A program made the translations under genes and the position numbers. A DNA stretch of 64,000 nucleotides from assembly GCA_028280485.1 (NCBI GenBank), contig JANQLS010000148.1, positions 17,002 through 81,001 of the forward strand. The letters are read 5' to 3'. This stretch comes from Planctomycetota bacterium (lineage in GTDB: Bacteria > Planctomycetota > UBA8108 > JACQVS01). Position 1 is the stretch's first letter. Each line of letters begins with the position of its first letter. Shown here in pieces: positions 9,020 through 17,717 of this stretch. Below the pieces are notes generated by a model. That model saw nothing but the letters and a program-made list of their open reading frames with translations, had not been told where the DNA came from and did not search any database.

Positions 9020-10942
9020 ATGCCCTTTCAACGACTCATTGACTCTTCAATCCGATGCTCTACTTTGCTCTTCCTCTTTTTGGGAATCAGCGCGGCGGGC
9101 TCTACCTCCCTCCTCGCTGAGACTCAGAAAAAGGAAGGGCAAAAGTTGTTAGAGAAATACTGCTTCAAGTGCCATCGCGGAAGACGGGCTAAGGGTGAAC
9201 TCGATCTCAAAGAAATCTTAGAACTCAAACCGCTCGTCATCAAATTGGACCGTTGGAAGCATATCGCTCAGGTCCTCGATGAGGGTTTCATGCCTCCTGA
9301 AGATGAAGAGCCTCCCACGAAAGTAGAGAAAGATAAAATCCTCGGGTGGCTAAAGAAGGAAGTCTTCGAGTTCGATTACTCCACCGTCAAAAGCCCGGGT
9401 TACGAGCCGACTCGCCGAATGACCCGCCATGAATACGAGCGTACCGTTCGCGATCTATTCTATCGACCCGACTTAAAACTCGAAGCTCAGTTCCCCACCG
9501 ATCTCAAAGGAAAAAGTGGATTCTCGAACAGTGGTAATACCCTCTTCATGAATCCTCTCACCTTAGAGCGATTCATCAGTGCCAGCGATGAAGTCTTGAG
9601 ACTCTGCTTGCCCGACAATCCTAAAACGGAATCCGAACTCTTAACTGAAAAAAGAATCTTTCAGCCTGAGGAGTTCAATGAAGGAACACCCACCCTAGAG
9701 ATGGCTAAGACCATCCTTACAAAATTCTTACCCCGTGCTTTCAGGCGGCCGATTACTGAAAGTGAATTGAACGACTTCCTAAAGCTCGTTCAAACGGCTC
9801 TGGATGAAGGACTCACCCTGAAAGCTGCGATGAAAAGAGCGTTTGCGGGAGCTCTCATCTCTCCCTTCTTTCTCTTCAAAATCGAAAACCACCAGAAAAC
9901 CGATCAACCCTACCGCATTTCATCTTACGAGTTAGCGAATCGCTTATCTTATTTTCTTTGGGCTTCGATGCCGGATCAAATCCTGAGAGATTTAGCTAAA
10001 GAGAATAAGCTCCAGCAACCTGAAGTCTTGAAAAAACAAGTCATCCGTATGCTTGAGGATCCACGCTCGGAAGCTTTAGGAAGTATCTTTTGTGCCCAAT
10101 GGTTTGGCTATGAAATCTTGGGGACGCGAGTACGCCTCGATCCCATCGACAAGCCTTGGTGTACCGATTCCTTGATGAAAGCGATGCGAGACGAATCGGG
10201 ACTCTTCTTCTCTTCGTTAGTTCGGGAAAATCGTCCGATCGATGATTTGATCAAAGCCCGCTACACTTTCCTCAATGAAGAACTTGCCAAGCACTACCGA
10301 ATTCGTGGGGTTAAAGGCGACCACATGCGCAGAGTTGAACTCTACAGCTCAAAAAGAGGTGGCCTCATTGGGCAAGGTAGTATTTTGGCGATCACCTCGT
10401 TCCCCGGTAGAACCAGTCCGGTGGTTCGTGGTCGTTGGATTTTAGACACCTTGCTCGGGACTCCCCCCCCGCCTCCTCCCCCGGATGTCAGTGAACTTTC
10501 AGAAGAGATCGAGGAAAGGGAACGACTGAGCCCTCGTCAAAAATTAGAACTCCATCGGGACAACCCCAAATGCGCGAGTTGCCACGATCAGATCGATCCC
10601 CTGGGCTTCAGCTTAGAAAACTACGACTATTTCGGACGATGGCGTGAGAAGCATCGAGGCAAGAAGATCGACACTCAAGCCAAATTACCCGAAGGGGTTG
10701 AATTTGAAGGCCCCCGCGGTTTAAGGAGAGCCCTGCTCAAAAATCGAAAAGACGATCTGAGAAAGCAGCTGGTTCGAAAACTCCTGGCGTACGCCCTTGG
10801 ACGCCAGTTAGAGTATTACGATGAAGCCACGATTCGAGAAGTGTCGCAAAAAGTTAAAGCGAGTGGAGATCGCTTCCATACTGTGATGTTTGAAATCACA
10901 TCAAGTGATGCTTTTCAAATGAAACTCAATCCTAAAGAGTAA
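9020..10942 (+). CDS. DUF1592/DUF1595/DUF1587/DUF1588/DUF1585-family protein with two CxxCH motifs
   Basis: 640 aa; signal peptide; CFKCHRG and CASCHDQIDPLGF; poly-Pro linker; immediately followed by a DUF1552 gene (the conserved pair). Confidence 0.7.
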   Translation: MPFQRLIDSSIRCSTLLFLFLGISAAGSTSLLAETQKKEGQKLLEKYCFKCHRGRRAKGELDLKEILELKPLVIKLDRWKHIAQVLDEGFMPPEDEEPPTKVEKDKILGWLKKEVFEFDYSTVKSPGYEPTRRMTRHEYERTVRDLFYRPDLKLEAQFPTDLKGKSGFSNSGNTLFMNPLTLERFISASDEVLRLCLPDNPKTESELLTEKRIFQPEEFNEGTPTLEMAKTILTKFLPRAFRRPITESELNDFLKLVQTALDEGLTLKAAMKRAFAGALISPFFLFKIENHQKTDQPYRISSYELANRLSYFLWASMPDQILRDLAKENKLQQPEVLKKQVIRMLEDPRSEALGSIFCAQWFGYEILGTRVRLDPIDKPWCTDSLMKAMRDESGLFFSSLVRENRPIDDLIKARYTFLNEELAKHYRIRGVKGDHMRRVELYSSKRGGLIGQGSILAITSFPGRTSPVVRGRWILDTLLGTPPPPPPPDVSELSEEIEERERLSPRQKLELHRDNPKCASCHDQIDPLGFSLENYDYFGRWREKHRGKKIDTQAKLPEGVEFEGPRGLRRALLKNRKDDLRKQLVRKLLAYALGRQLEYYDEATIREVSQKVKASGDRFHTVMFEITSSDAFQMKLNPKE

Positions 10943-10953
10943 GTAATCAACCG

Positions 10954-12306
10954 ATGAATTTTTCTACGAATCCTGCCAAGCGAATTTCACGTCGTACTCT
11001 CCTAAAAGGTTTAGGGGCAACGATTGCACTTCCCTTGTTGGATATCATGGAACCTTTGGCGGCTACCACTAAGAATTCAAGCCAAACTCCAGTTCGATTA
11101 GCTTATCTCTATTTCCCCAACGGCGCACCCGAAGGGACTTGGGAACCGGAAAAAGTTGAAGCCAAATCAAAGCTTCAAAAACTCAATGAATGGATGAGTC
11201 CTCTCGAAGATCTGAAACAAGACATCAATGTGTTCAGCAACTTTTGGACTCCTCGAGGTAACGGTCACGGTGCGGGTACAGCCACATGGCTCACCGGAGG
11301 CGGATACAATGGTCGAGAAGTGAATGCGGGAGGAATCTCCTGCGATCAAATCGCCGCCGAATATTTAGGTAAAGATACCCTCGTTCCTTCCTTGGAACTC
11401 TCGACTCAAGGGGAAGGCTACTTCTCAAACGACCTCCCCCGAAATTCGATCTCCTGGAGCCGGAACAACACTCCACTCCCCCGAGAAACTCAACCTCGCT
11501 TGGTCTTTGATCGCATGTTCCGCAGTACTGATCAAAATCTCAATAAGAGTGTTTTAGATTTAGTCATCGCCCAAGCGAAAACTCTTGCCCAACAATCGAG
11601 CCAATCCGATCAACGCAAAATTGAAGAGTATTTAGAGTCCATCCGCTCAGTCGAACGAAGGCTCGCTTTCGCAGATAAGCAATCTAAGGAAGCCAAAAAA
11701 GATAATGCTCTCACGGAAACGTTAAGCCGTCCCCAACCTGGAATCCCCCTTCAGCATCAGGAGTATATGCGTCTGATGCTCGACCTCTGCGTCTTGGCGT
11801 ACTGGGGAGACGCCACTCGTGTCACCAGCTTCATGTTGGATCACGGCCAAAGTAATCGCTACTTTAACTTTATCGATGGGGTGGAAGGAACTTGGCACGC
11901 CCTCAGCCACTGGAGAGACATCAGTGGAGAAACGGAAGATGACGACGGCAAAACATCTTGGAAGTCGAGAACTTCTAAAAAATCGATGTACGCCGAAGTG
12001 GTGAAATGGCATCACCAACAAGTGGCCTACTTCCTCAAGAAGATGAAGTCGGTCCAAGAGGGCGAAGGCTCTTTACTCGACAACTCGCTCATCCTTTACG
12101 GGTCGAGCTTAGGTGACGGACACGAACACTCTGAGACCAACCTGCCTCTCATTCTTGCGGGTGGAGGTGGAAAGACTCAAACAGGCCACCTTCTCAATCC
12201 GAAGAAACGAGTTTCCGTATCTAAAATCCATTTGATGATGCTTCAACGTGCCGGCGTGAGGATCGATGAATTTAAGGATGAGGATCAACCCCTTAACTCC
12301 ATTTAA
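10954..12306 (+). CDS. DUF1552 family protein with Tat signal
   Basis: 450 aa; RRTLLKGLGATIALPLL twin-arginine signal; downstream partner of the DUF1592-family gene. Confidence 0.75.
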   Translation: MNFSTNPAKRISRRTLLKGLGATIALPLLDIMEPLAATTKNSSQTPVRLAYLYFPNGAPEGTWEPEKVEAKSKLQKLNEWMSPLEDLKQDINVFSNFWTPRGNGHGAGTATWLTGGGYNGREVNAGGISCDQIAAEYLGKDTLVPSLELSTQGEGYFSNDLPRNSISWSRNNTPLPRETQPRLVFDRMFRSTDQNLNKSVLDLVIAQAKTLAQQSSQSDQRKIEEYLESIRSVERRLAFADKQSKEAKKDNALTETLSRPQPGIPLQHQEYMRLMLDLCVLAYWGDATRVTSFMLDHGQSNRYFNFIDGVEGTWHALSHWRDISGETEDDDGKTSWKSRTSKKSMYAEVVKWHHQQVAYFLKKMKSVQEGEGSLLDNSLILYGSSLGDGHEHSETNLPLILAGGGGKTQTGHLLNPKKRVSVSKIHLMMLQRAGVRIDEFKDEDQPLNSI

Positions 12307-12323
12307 AATTCGTCTACGAACAA

Positions 12324-13301
12324 TTACCTTACGTAATTCTGCAGCCGGAGTAATTTCGAATGAGGATTGAGGTAAGACTGAATTCTTAAATATTCCACTT
12401 CAAACACATTCACGAAATGGGCCAACAGAGTGAGAGGAGTATTGAGTGGAATCAGACCGCTTGTATAATCATCGATAACCTTTATTAATTCTTTCTTCTG
12501 AGTTGAAGAAAGCAATTTCTTTAAAAATCCCATGAAGTGTAGCAACACATTTCGGTGTTTCTTGGGAGAAGTCAATTGAGACATACCTTCCATATAGATC
12601 TGAATATAACGCTCCTTAATTTCTTCTCGATTTTTCCCCTTGGCTTGAGCAACCCAGCGGCCGAGTTCTCTGTACATCTTTTCATCATGAGCCAAAAGCA
12701 GAAATTTTTCTTGGGCATGAAAAGAACTCAAGCTCCCGATGGACCAATTTGAGTTAAAAAAATCTTGAAGCCGAGAATAGGCAAATACTCGTTCAAAGAA
12801 ATTTTCTCTTAGCAAAGGATCATTCAGTCGACCTTCGTCTTCCATCGGTAACCAAGGAAAGGCGTCCTCTAGGGCTTGAGCAAAAAATCCCTTCCCATTC
12901 TTGGCTGGAATTCCTTTCGAGCTATAAACTCTCACTTTGAACAGACCACAACTAGGAGAGTCTTTTTTCAAAATAAATCCGTCTAAGTTCAGTTTCTGAA
13001 TCTCTTCGACTTTAGATTCTGTGAAAGAAATCATCCTCTCTGTATGATCGATCTCATTTTTATTATCAACGAGTCGAAGTCCCTCAGGCTTCTTCTGAAT
13101 TTGGAGGGACGGACGCGGTATCCCCAAACCCATCTCAAATTCAGGGCAAACCTTGTGGTAATCCACTAAGCCAGCTAAATCATTGACTAAAAAATGACTT
13201 CTCTTATGACCCCCATCGAATCGCACTCGATCCCCTAAGAGGCAGCTTGAAATTCCGATTTGTAACTTGCGTTTCATGGATAAACCTGTTTTAGATTCCA
13301 A
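12324..13301 (-). CDS. ybgA: YbgA-like protein (DUF523 + DUF1722)
   Basis: 325 aa; N-terminal IGISSCLLGDRVRFDGGHK (DUF523-like) plus C-terminal DUF1722-like region; divergent from the photolyase gene, recalling the E. coli ybgA-phr association. Confidence 0.55.
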   Translation of the reverse strand: MESKTGLSMKRKLQIGISSCLLGDRVRFDGGHKRSHFLVNDLAGLVDYHKVCPEFEMGLGIPRPSLQIQKKPEGLRLVDNKNEIDHTERMISFTESKVEEIQKLNLDGFILKKDSPSCGLFKVRVYSSKGIPAKNGKGFFAQALEDAFPWLPMEDEGRLNDPLLRENFFERVFAYSRLQDFFNSNWSIGSLSSFHAQEKFLLLAHDEKMYRELGRWVAQAKGKNREEIKERYIQIYMEGMSQLTSPKKHRNVLLHFMGFLKKLLSSTQKKELIKVIDDYTSGLIPLNTPLTLLAHFVNVFEVEYLRIQSYLNPHSKLLRLQNYVR

Positions 13302-13470
13302 TTAATAAACCTGTTCTCTGCTATTCAATCGTTCATGATCGCAATTAATTACAAATATTAAGGCGTTTTAATAAAATTATTAAAAACGAAGTTAGTTCTC
13401 TTAAATCTATACAGTTTATATACTTTAGAATTCTTCCTATCCTCGAACCTGGCCGAAAAAAACTCCTCAC

Positions 13471-14895
13471 ATGAGAACATTAATTTGGTTTCGAAGAGAC
13501 CTCCGAATCAAGGACAATCCCGCCCTCACTGAGGCTTGTCGACGAAGTAGCGATGGAGTTATCGCTCTTTACCTCATCTGTTCGAAACAATGGAAGCTTC
13601 ACGGAGACTCACCCCGTAAAATCCATTTTTGGCTTCGAGGTCTTCGCGAACTCTCCCAATCACTCAGCGAAAAGAACATTCCACTACTGATTAAAAATTG
13701 CGATAGCTATTCAGATGTTCCATCCACCATTCTGAAAATCACTGAGAAGCACAAGGTCTCTGGAGTTTACTTCAACAAAGAATATGAGATTAACGAAAAG
13801 ATCCGAGACAGTAAGGTCATTCAAACACTGACTCAAAACCAGATCGAATGCCAAGACTTCACCGATCGGGTGATTGTCGAACCGGGTAAACTCCTCACGG
13901 CGAATCATTCTCCATACTCCGTTTTTACCCCTTTCAAAAACTCATGGTTAAAAACAGTTGAAGCGAGTTGGAGCCCACCTTTAAAAGCTCCGAGGGCTCA
14001 GTCTAAAATCAGCCTCACTCCTGATCCCATACCTGAAACGTGTTCTCATTATCAATTTGAAAACGTACGAGAGGACCTCTGGCCTGCAGGTGAGGAGGAA
14101 GCTCAGAAAAGGTTGAAGCGATTTGTTAAGAATAAAGCCCTTCGTTATCAATCCGACCGAGATATTCCATCAGTGCCGGGAACGAGTTTACTTTCCCCTT
14201 ACTTAGCCGCAGGTTTTATATCTCCCCGCCAAGCAGTAGCCAGTTTATTGAAAAATGAAGCTAAGATATTCAAGGAAAGAGATACGGGGCCCGCAACCTG
14301 GCTAAACGAAATTATTTGGAGGGAATTTTATACTCATGTCTTGGAACTCGTGCCTCGAGTTTCGAAGAATCGCCCGTTCCAACTCAAAACTGAAAATCTC
14401 AAGTGGAGCACTTCTATAAAAGATCTAGAACGCTGGCAAAGGGGGAAGACCGGATATCCCATAGTAGATGCCGCACAGCGCCAGTTATTACAAACGGGCT
14501 GGATGCACAATCGATTACGCATGATCTCTGCCATGTTTTTAACGAAACACCTTTTGATCGATTGGCGTGAAGGAGAAAAACACTTTATGTCCCACCTGAT
14601 CGATGGAGACTTAGCCGCAAATAATGGAGGTTGGCAATGGTCAGCTTCGACAGGAACCGATGCCGCCCCTTATTTCCGTATTTTTAATCCGAGCTCCCAA
14701 AGCTCAAGATTTGATCCTCAGGCTAAATTCATACTTCGATTTTGTCCTGAGTTAGAGGGGCTACCTCTAAAACAAATTCATCAACCAGAACTCATATCCA
14801 CCGCTGAACTCAGAAAGAGAAACTACCCCGAAAGAATCGTTGATCATAAAGAAGCGAGAGAACGAGCGATTCAGGCCTTCAAGGATTTAAAGTAG
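13471..14895 (+). CDS. phrB: Deoxyribodipyrimidine (CPD) photolyase, class I
   Basis: 474 aa; MRTLIWFRRDLRIKDNPAL; FAD-binding core TGYPIVDAAQRQLLQTGWMHNRLRMISAMFLTKHLLIDWREGEKHFMSHLIDGDLAANNGGWQW. Confidence 0.95.
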   Translation: MRTLIWFRRDLRIKDNPALTEACRRSSDGVIALYLICSKQWKLHGDSPRKIHFWLRGLRELSQSLSEKNIPLLIKNCDSYSDVPSTILKITEKHKVSGVYFNKEYEINEKIRDSKVIQTLTQNQIECQDFTDRVIVEPGKLLTANHSPYSVFTPFKNSWLKTVEASWSPPLKAPRAQSKISLTPDPIPETCSHYQFENVREDLWPAGEEEAQKRLKRFVKNKALRYQSDRDIPSVPGTSLLSPYLAAGFISPRQAVASLLKNEAKIFKERDTGPATWLNEIIWREFYTHVLELVPRVSKNRPFQLKTENLKWSTSIKDLERWQRGKTGYPIVDAAQRQLLQTGWMHNRLRMISAMFLTKHLLIDWREGEKHFMSHLIDGDLAANNGGWQWSASTGTDAAPYFRIFNPSSQSSRFDPQAKFILRFCPELEGLPLKQIHQPELISTAELRKRNYPERIVDHKEARERAIQAFKDLK

Positions 14896-15130
14896 TCGGC
14901 TCAAGGTAGTCCGCAGGCTCCGCGTGCGGATTGTATTCGACTCACGGGGTGAACCGAACCGCTCCAATCGAACGATTTAAAAACAAACATCATCCTTATA
15001 TTCATTCTTTTTCGTATCATGATAAAAATTAATCTTTACCAGTTTTCTCTCATACCATCCCGGCTCACGGGGTGAGCCGACTACTGTACCCGCACCCGGC
15101 GGGTGCGGACTACCTTGAGCCGACTACTTT
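14891..15130. mobile_element. MITE-like element, family A: terminal inverted repeats TTAAAGTAGTCGGCTCA...TGAGCCGACTACTTTA around an AT-rich core
   Basis: Left arm agtagtcggctcaaggtagtccgcaggctccgcgtgcgga; right arm ggctcacggggtgagccgactact...gtgcggactaccttgagccgactacttt in inverted orientation. It fills the whole phrB-garD spacer, and the phrB stop TAG (14893-14895) lies inside the left terminus. Confidence 0.6.
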
Positions 15131-16669
15131 ATGTTCCTACAACTCCATCCCAACGACAACGTTCGAGTTGCTACTGCTTCGCTCAAGCAAGGCGAATGTA
15201 TCGCTGATCAATTCGAACTTCTCAGTCCCATCCCCCAAGGCCATAAATTCGCCCATCATCCAATCCAAAAAGGAGATTGGGTCTACAAGTTCGGTTCAGC
15301 CATCGGAAAAGCGACTCAAGCCATCCAGCAAGGCGAATGGGTCCACACCCACAATCTCAGTGCCGAAAAATTTGATCTTCCACCACGATCTGATTTCTCA
15401 TCCCAAGAGAGTCAGATAAAAAAGGACTTCTCCTCAAAATCCTTTCGAGGCTTCCTTCGTCCCGATGGTCGAGTCGGAACACGCAATTATTTAGCCATCG
15501 GCTCCACTGTCAATTGCTCAGCCTTTGTCGTCAAAGAAGCCGTTCGTAAAGCCCAAGAGAAGTACAAAGGAAAACTCGAGAACGTTGACGGCCTTTTTCC
15601 AATCACCCATCCCCGAGGTTGTGGCATCGATCGAGGGAGCTCTTCTCACCACCTCATGAATCGAGCTCTCGCCGGTGTACTCCACCACCCCAATGTGGGA
15701 GCGAGATTGCTCGTCGGTTTGGGTTGTGAAAAAAATCAGGCCGAAGCCTTCATAGAAGAACATAAGTTAGTTCAGATTGAACTGCCCAACGCTTCCTCTC
15801 GAACAAACTCAATTCCCCTCAAAGTGACGATTCAAGATGAAGGCGGCACGGAAAAAACGATTCAAACGATTTTAGAGCACGTCGACCGCCTTCTTCCGAT
15901 CATCGACCCATTCCAGCGCTCAGAACAATCCATCGAACATTTAACTCTGGGAACTCAATGTGGAGGCTCCGACGGATTTAGCGGCATCACCGCCAATCCT
16001 CTCATCGGAACCGTGAGCGATTTTATCGTGACTTCAGGGGGAAAGTCCGTATTCGGAGAAACCTCTGAAACTTTCGGTGCATCTGAAATCATCACTCAAC
16101 GAGCTTCGACTGATGAGGTAGCCAAAAAGTATCTCAAAATCCTCCATGATTACCGTAAATACCTTCAATCCTTTGGCACGGACTTCCATGCTAATACGGC
16201 GGTCGGTAATTTTATGGGAGGGATCTCAACAATCCCTGAAAAGGCCTTAGGTTCGGTGATGAAATCGGGACAAGCTCCCCTCAATGCTGTTTATGATTAC
16301 GCAGATTCCATCGAAGAAGCGGGCTTAGGGTTTATGAACACCCCGGCCTATGATCCGGCCTCCTGCACTGCAATGCACGCCGGTGGAGTCAACATCGGAT
16401 TATTCTCTACGGGAAGAGGAAGTTGCTATGGCTCGAAGCCAGTTCCATGGATCAAGATCGCGAGCAACTCAGATTTATTCCATCGACTGAATCGCGATAT
16501 GGATTTTAATGCGGGCCGGCTCCTTGAAAGTGAAAAGGATCTTCCCAACTTAGGTGAAGAGTTGCTCGACTATCTGATTGAAGTAGCCAGCGGGAAACAA
16601 ACCTGGAGTGAAGTTCACGGTTACGGCGATGATGAGTTCGTCCTTTGGGATACGGGGCCGATGACGTAA
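15131..16669 (+). CDS. garD: Galactarate dehydratase / altronate dehydratase family enzyme (SAF N-domain + UxaA/GarD C-domain)
   Basis: 512 aa; LQLHPNDNVRVATASL...PQGHKFA...GEWVHTHNL N-terminal SAF domain, C-terminal dehydratase domain. The KdgD-like neighbour favours GarD over UxaA. Confidence 0.8.
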   Translation: MFLQLHPNDNVRVATASLKQGECIADQFELLSPIPQGHKFAHHPIQKGDWVYKFGSAIGKATQAIQQGEWVHTHNLSAEKFDLPPRSDFSSQESQIKKDFSSKSFRGFLRPDGRVGTRNYLAIGSTVNCSAFVVKEAVRKAQEKYKGKLENVDGLFPITHPRGCGIDRGSSSHHLMNRALAGVLHHPNVGARLLVGLGCEKNQAEAFIEEHKLVQIELPNASSRTNSIPLKVTIQDEGGTEKTIQTILEHVDRLLPIIDPFQRSEQSIEHLTLGTQCGGSDGFSGITANPLIGTVSDFIVTSGGKSVFGETSETFGASEIITQRASTDEVAKKYLKILHDYRKYLQSFGTDFHANTAVGNFMGGISTIPEKALGSVMKSGQAPLNAVYDYADSIEEAGLGFMNTPAYDPASCTAMHAGGVNIGLFSTGRGSCYGSKPVPWIKIASNSDLFHRLNRDMDFNAGRLLESEKDLPNLGEELLDYLIEVASGKQTWSEVHGYGDDEFVLWDTGPMT

Positions 16670-16715
16670 GATCTATTCACATTCCTGTTACTCCCGGTCT
16701 CTTGGAGCATTCAAA

Positions 16716-17630
16716 ATGACTACACTTCTTCTACCAGAAGATCTTTCAACCGTTCATTTAGTTCCTCTCACCCCATTTACTCCCTCGAGTGAGGTGAACC
16801 TCGAAACGCATTCGATTCACATTCAACGGTTGCACCAACAGGGAATCGAAGTTTTCTTACCGGCAGCGGCCACCAGTGGGTTTTATCAACTCACTGCCAA
16901 CGAGATCAGTTCCATTGTCAAAGCCACCGTTGAAGCAACTCACGGCCAAGCCAAGGTTTTTGCTCCTCTCGGCTTAAATTTGCTGGAGGCAATTCAAATC
17001 GGGAAGCAGGCAAAAGAAGATGGAGCGACGGGAATCATGTTCATGCCCGCGACGGCTCCTTACTTAAGCGATGAAGGATTGAAAGCCTATTACATCAAGG
17101 TCATGGAAGAAGTGGGCTTACCCACATTGATCTACAAAAAGGCTGCGCTCCCCAGTAACAACTTACTTTTGATTCTTTCGGACCACAACCAACTGGTGGG
17201 AATCAAATACGCCTCTGCCGACATCGAAGCCTTCCACCAAGTCGTTCAACAAGATCAAGGACGCTTAGCTTGGCTCTGTGGGTTAGCGGAGCGGTATGCG
17301 AACGCTTTTATGGCTCAAGGCGCGGGCGGCTATACCAGTGGCGCAGGCAATCTTGCGCCCAAAACCACATTAGCCCTCCACAATGCCCTTCAAGCGGGGG
17401 ATCTTAAAGAAGCGCGTCGGCTTCAAGAGATCTTACTCCCCATCGAACGCTACCGAGGTCGAGCGGGTGATAGTTACAACGTGAGCATGCTTCAGTATTC
17501 GATGAGGCTTTTGGATGAACCCTTAGACTATGGTTCACCGCGCTTGCCCATGCGAGAACTAACTCCAGAAGAGAAGATTGAAATCGAAGAGACGTTGAAG
17601 CCGATTTTGGAATTTGAAAGGAAATTGTAG
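16716..17630 (+). CDS. kdgD: DHDPS/NAL-family lyase, most similar to 5-dehydro-4-deoxyglucarate dehydratase
   Basis: 304 aa; pattern ...GIKYASADIE...GGYTSGAGNLAP...LPIERYRGRAGDSYNVSMLQ...GSPRLPMRELTPEE parallels the KdgD C-terminal region; 46 nt downstream of garD. Confidence 0.65.
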   Translation: MTTLLLPEDLSTVHLVPLTPFTPSSEVNLETHSIHIQRLHQQGIEVFLPAAATSGFYQLTANEISSIVKATVEATHGQAKVFAPLGLNLLEAIQIGKQAKEDGATGIMFMPATAPYLSDEGLKAYYIKVMEEVGLPTLIYKKAALPSNNLLLILSDHNQLVGIKYASADIEAFHQVVQQDQGRLAWLCGLAERYANAFMAQGAGGYTSGAGNLAPKTTLALHNALQAGDLKEARRLQEILLPIERYRGRAGDSYNVSMLQYSMRLLDEPLDYGSPRLPMRELTPEEKIEIEETLKPILEFERKL

Positions 17631-17717
17631 TCATTCTCGCCAGAGATTGGGTCAACAAGCTTTAAAGTCATTACCACCCAAATTCTGGCGAATTTGGCTA
17701 CACCTATAATTTTAAAA

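Noticed and set aside
15072-15419. ORF 15072..15419(+) overlapping the MITE and the garD start
   Set aside because: It begins inside repeat family A and runs out of frame with the well-supported dehydratase starting at 15131.
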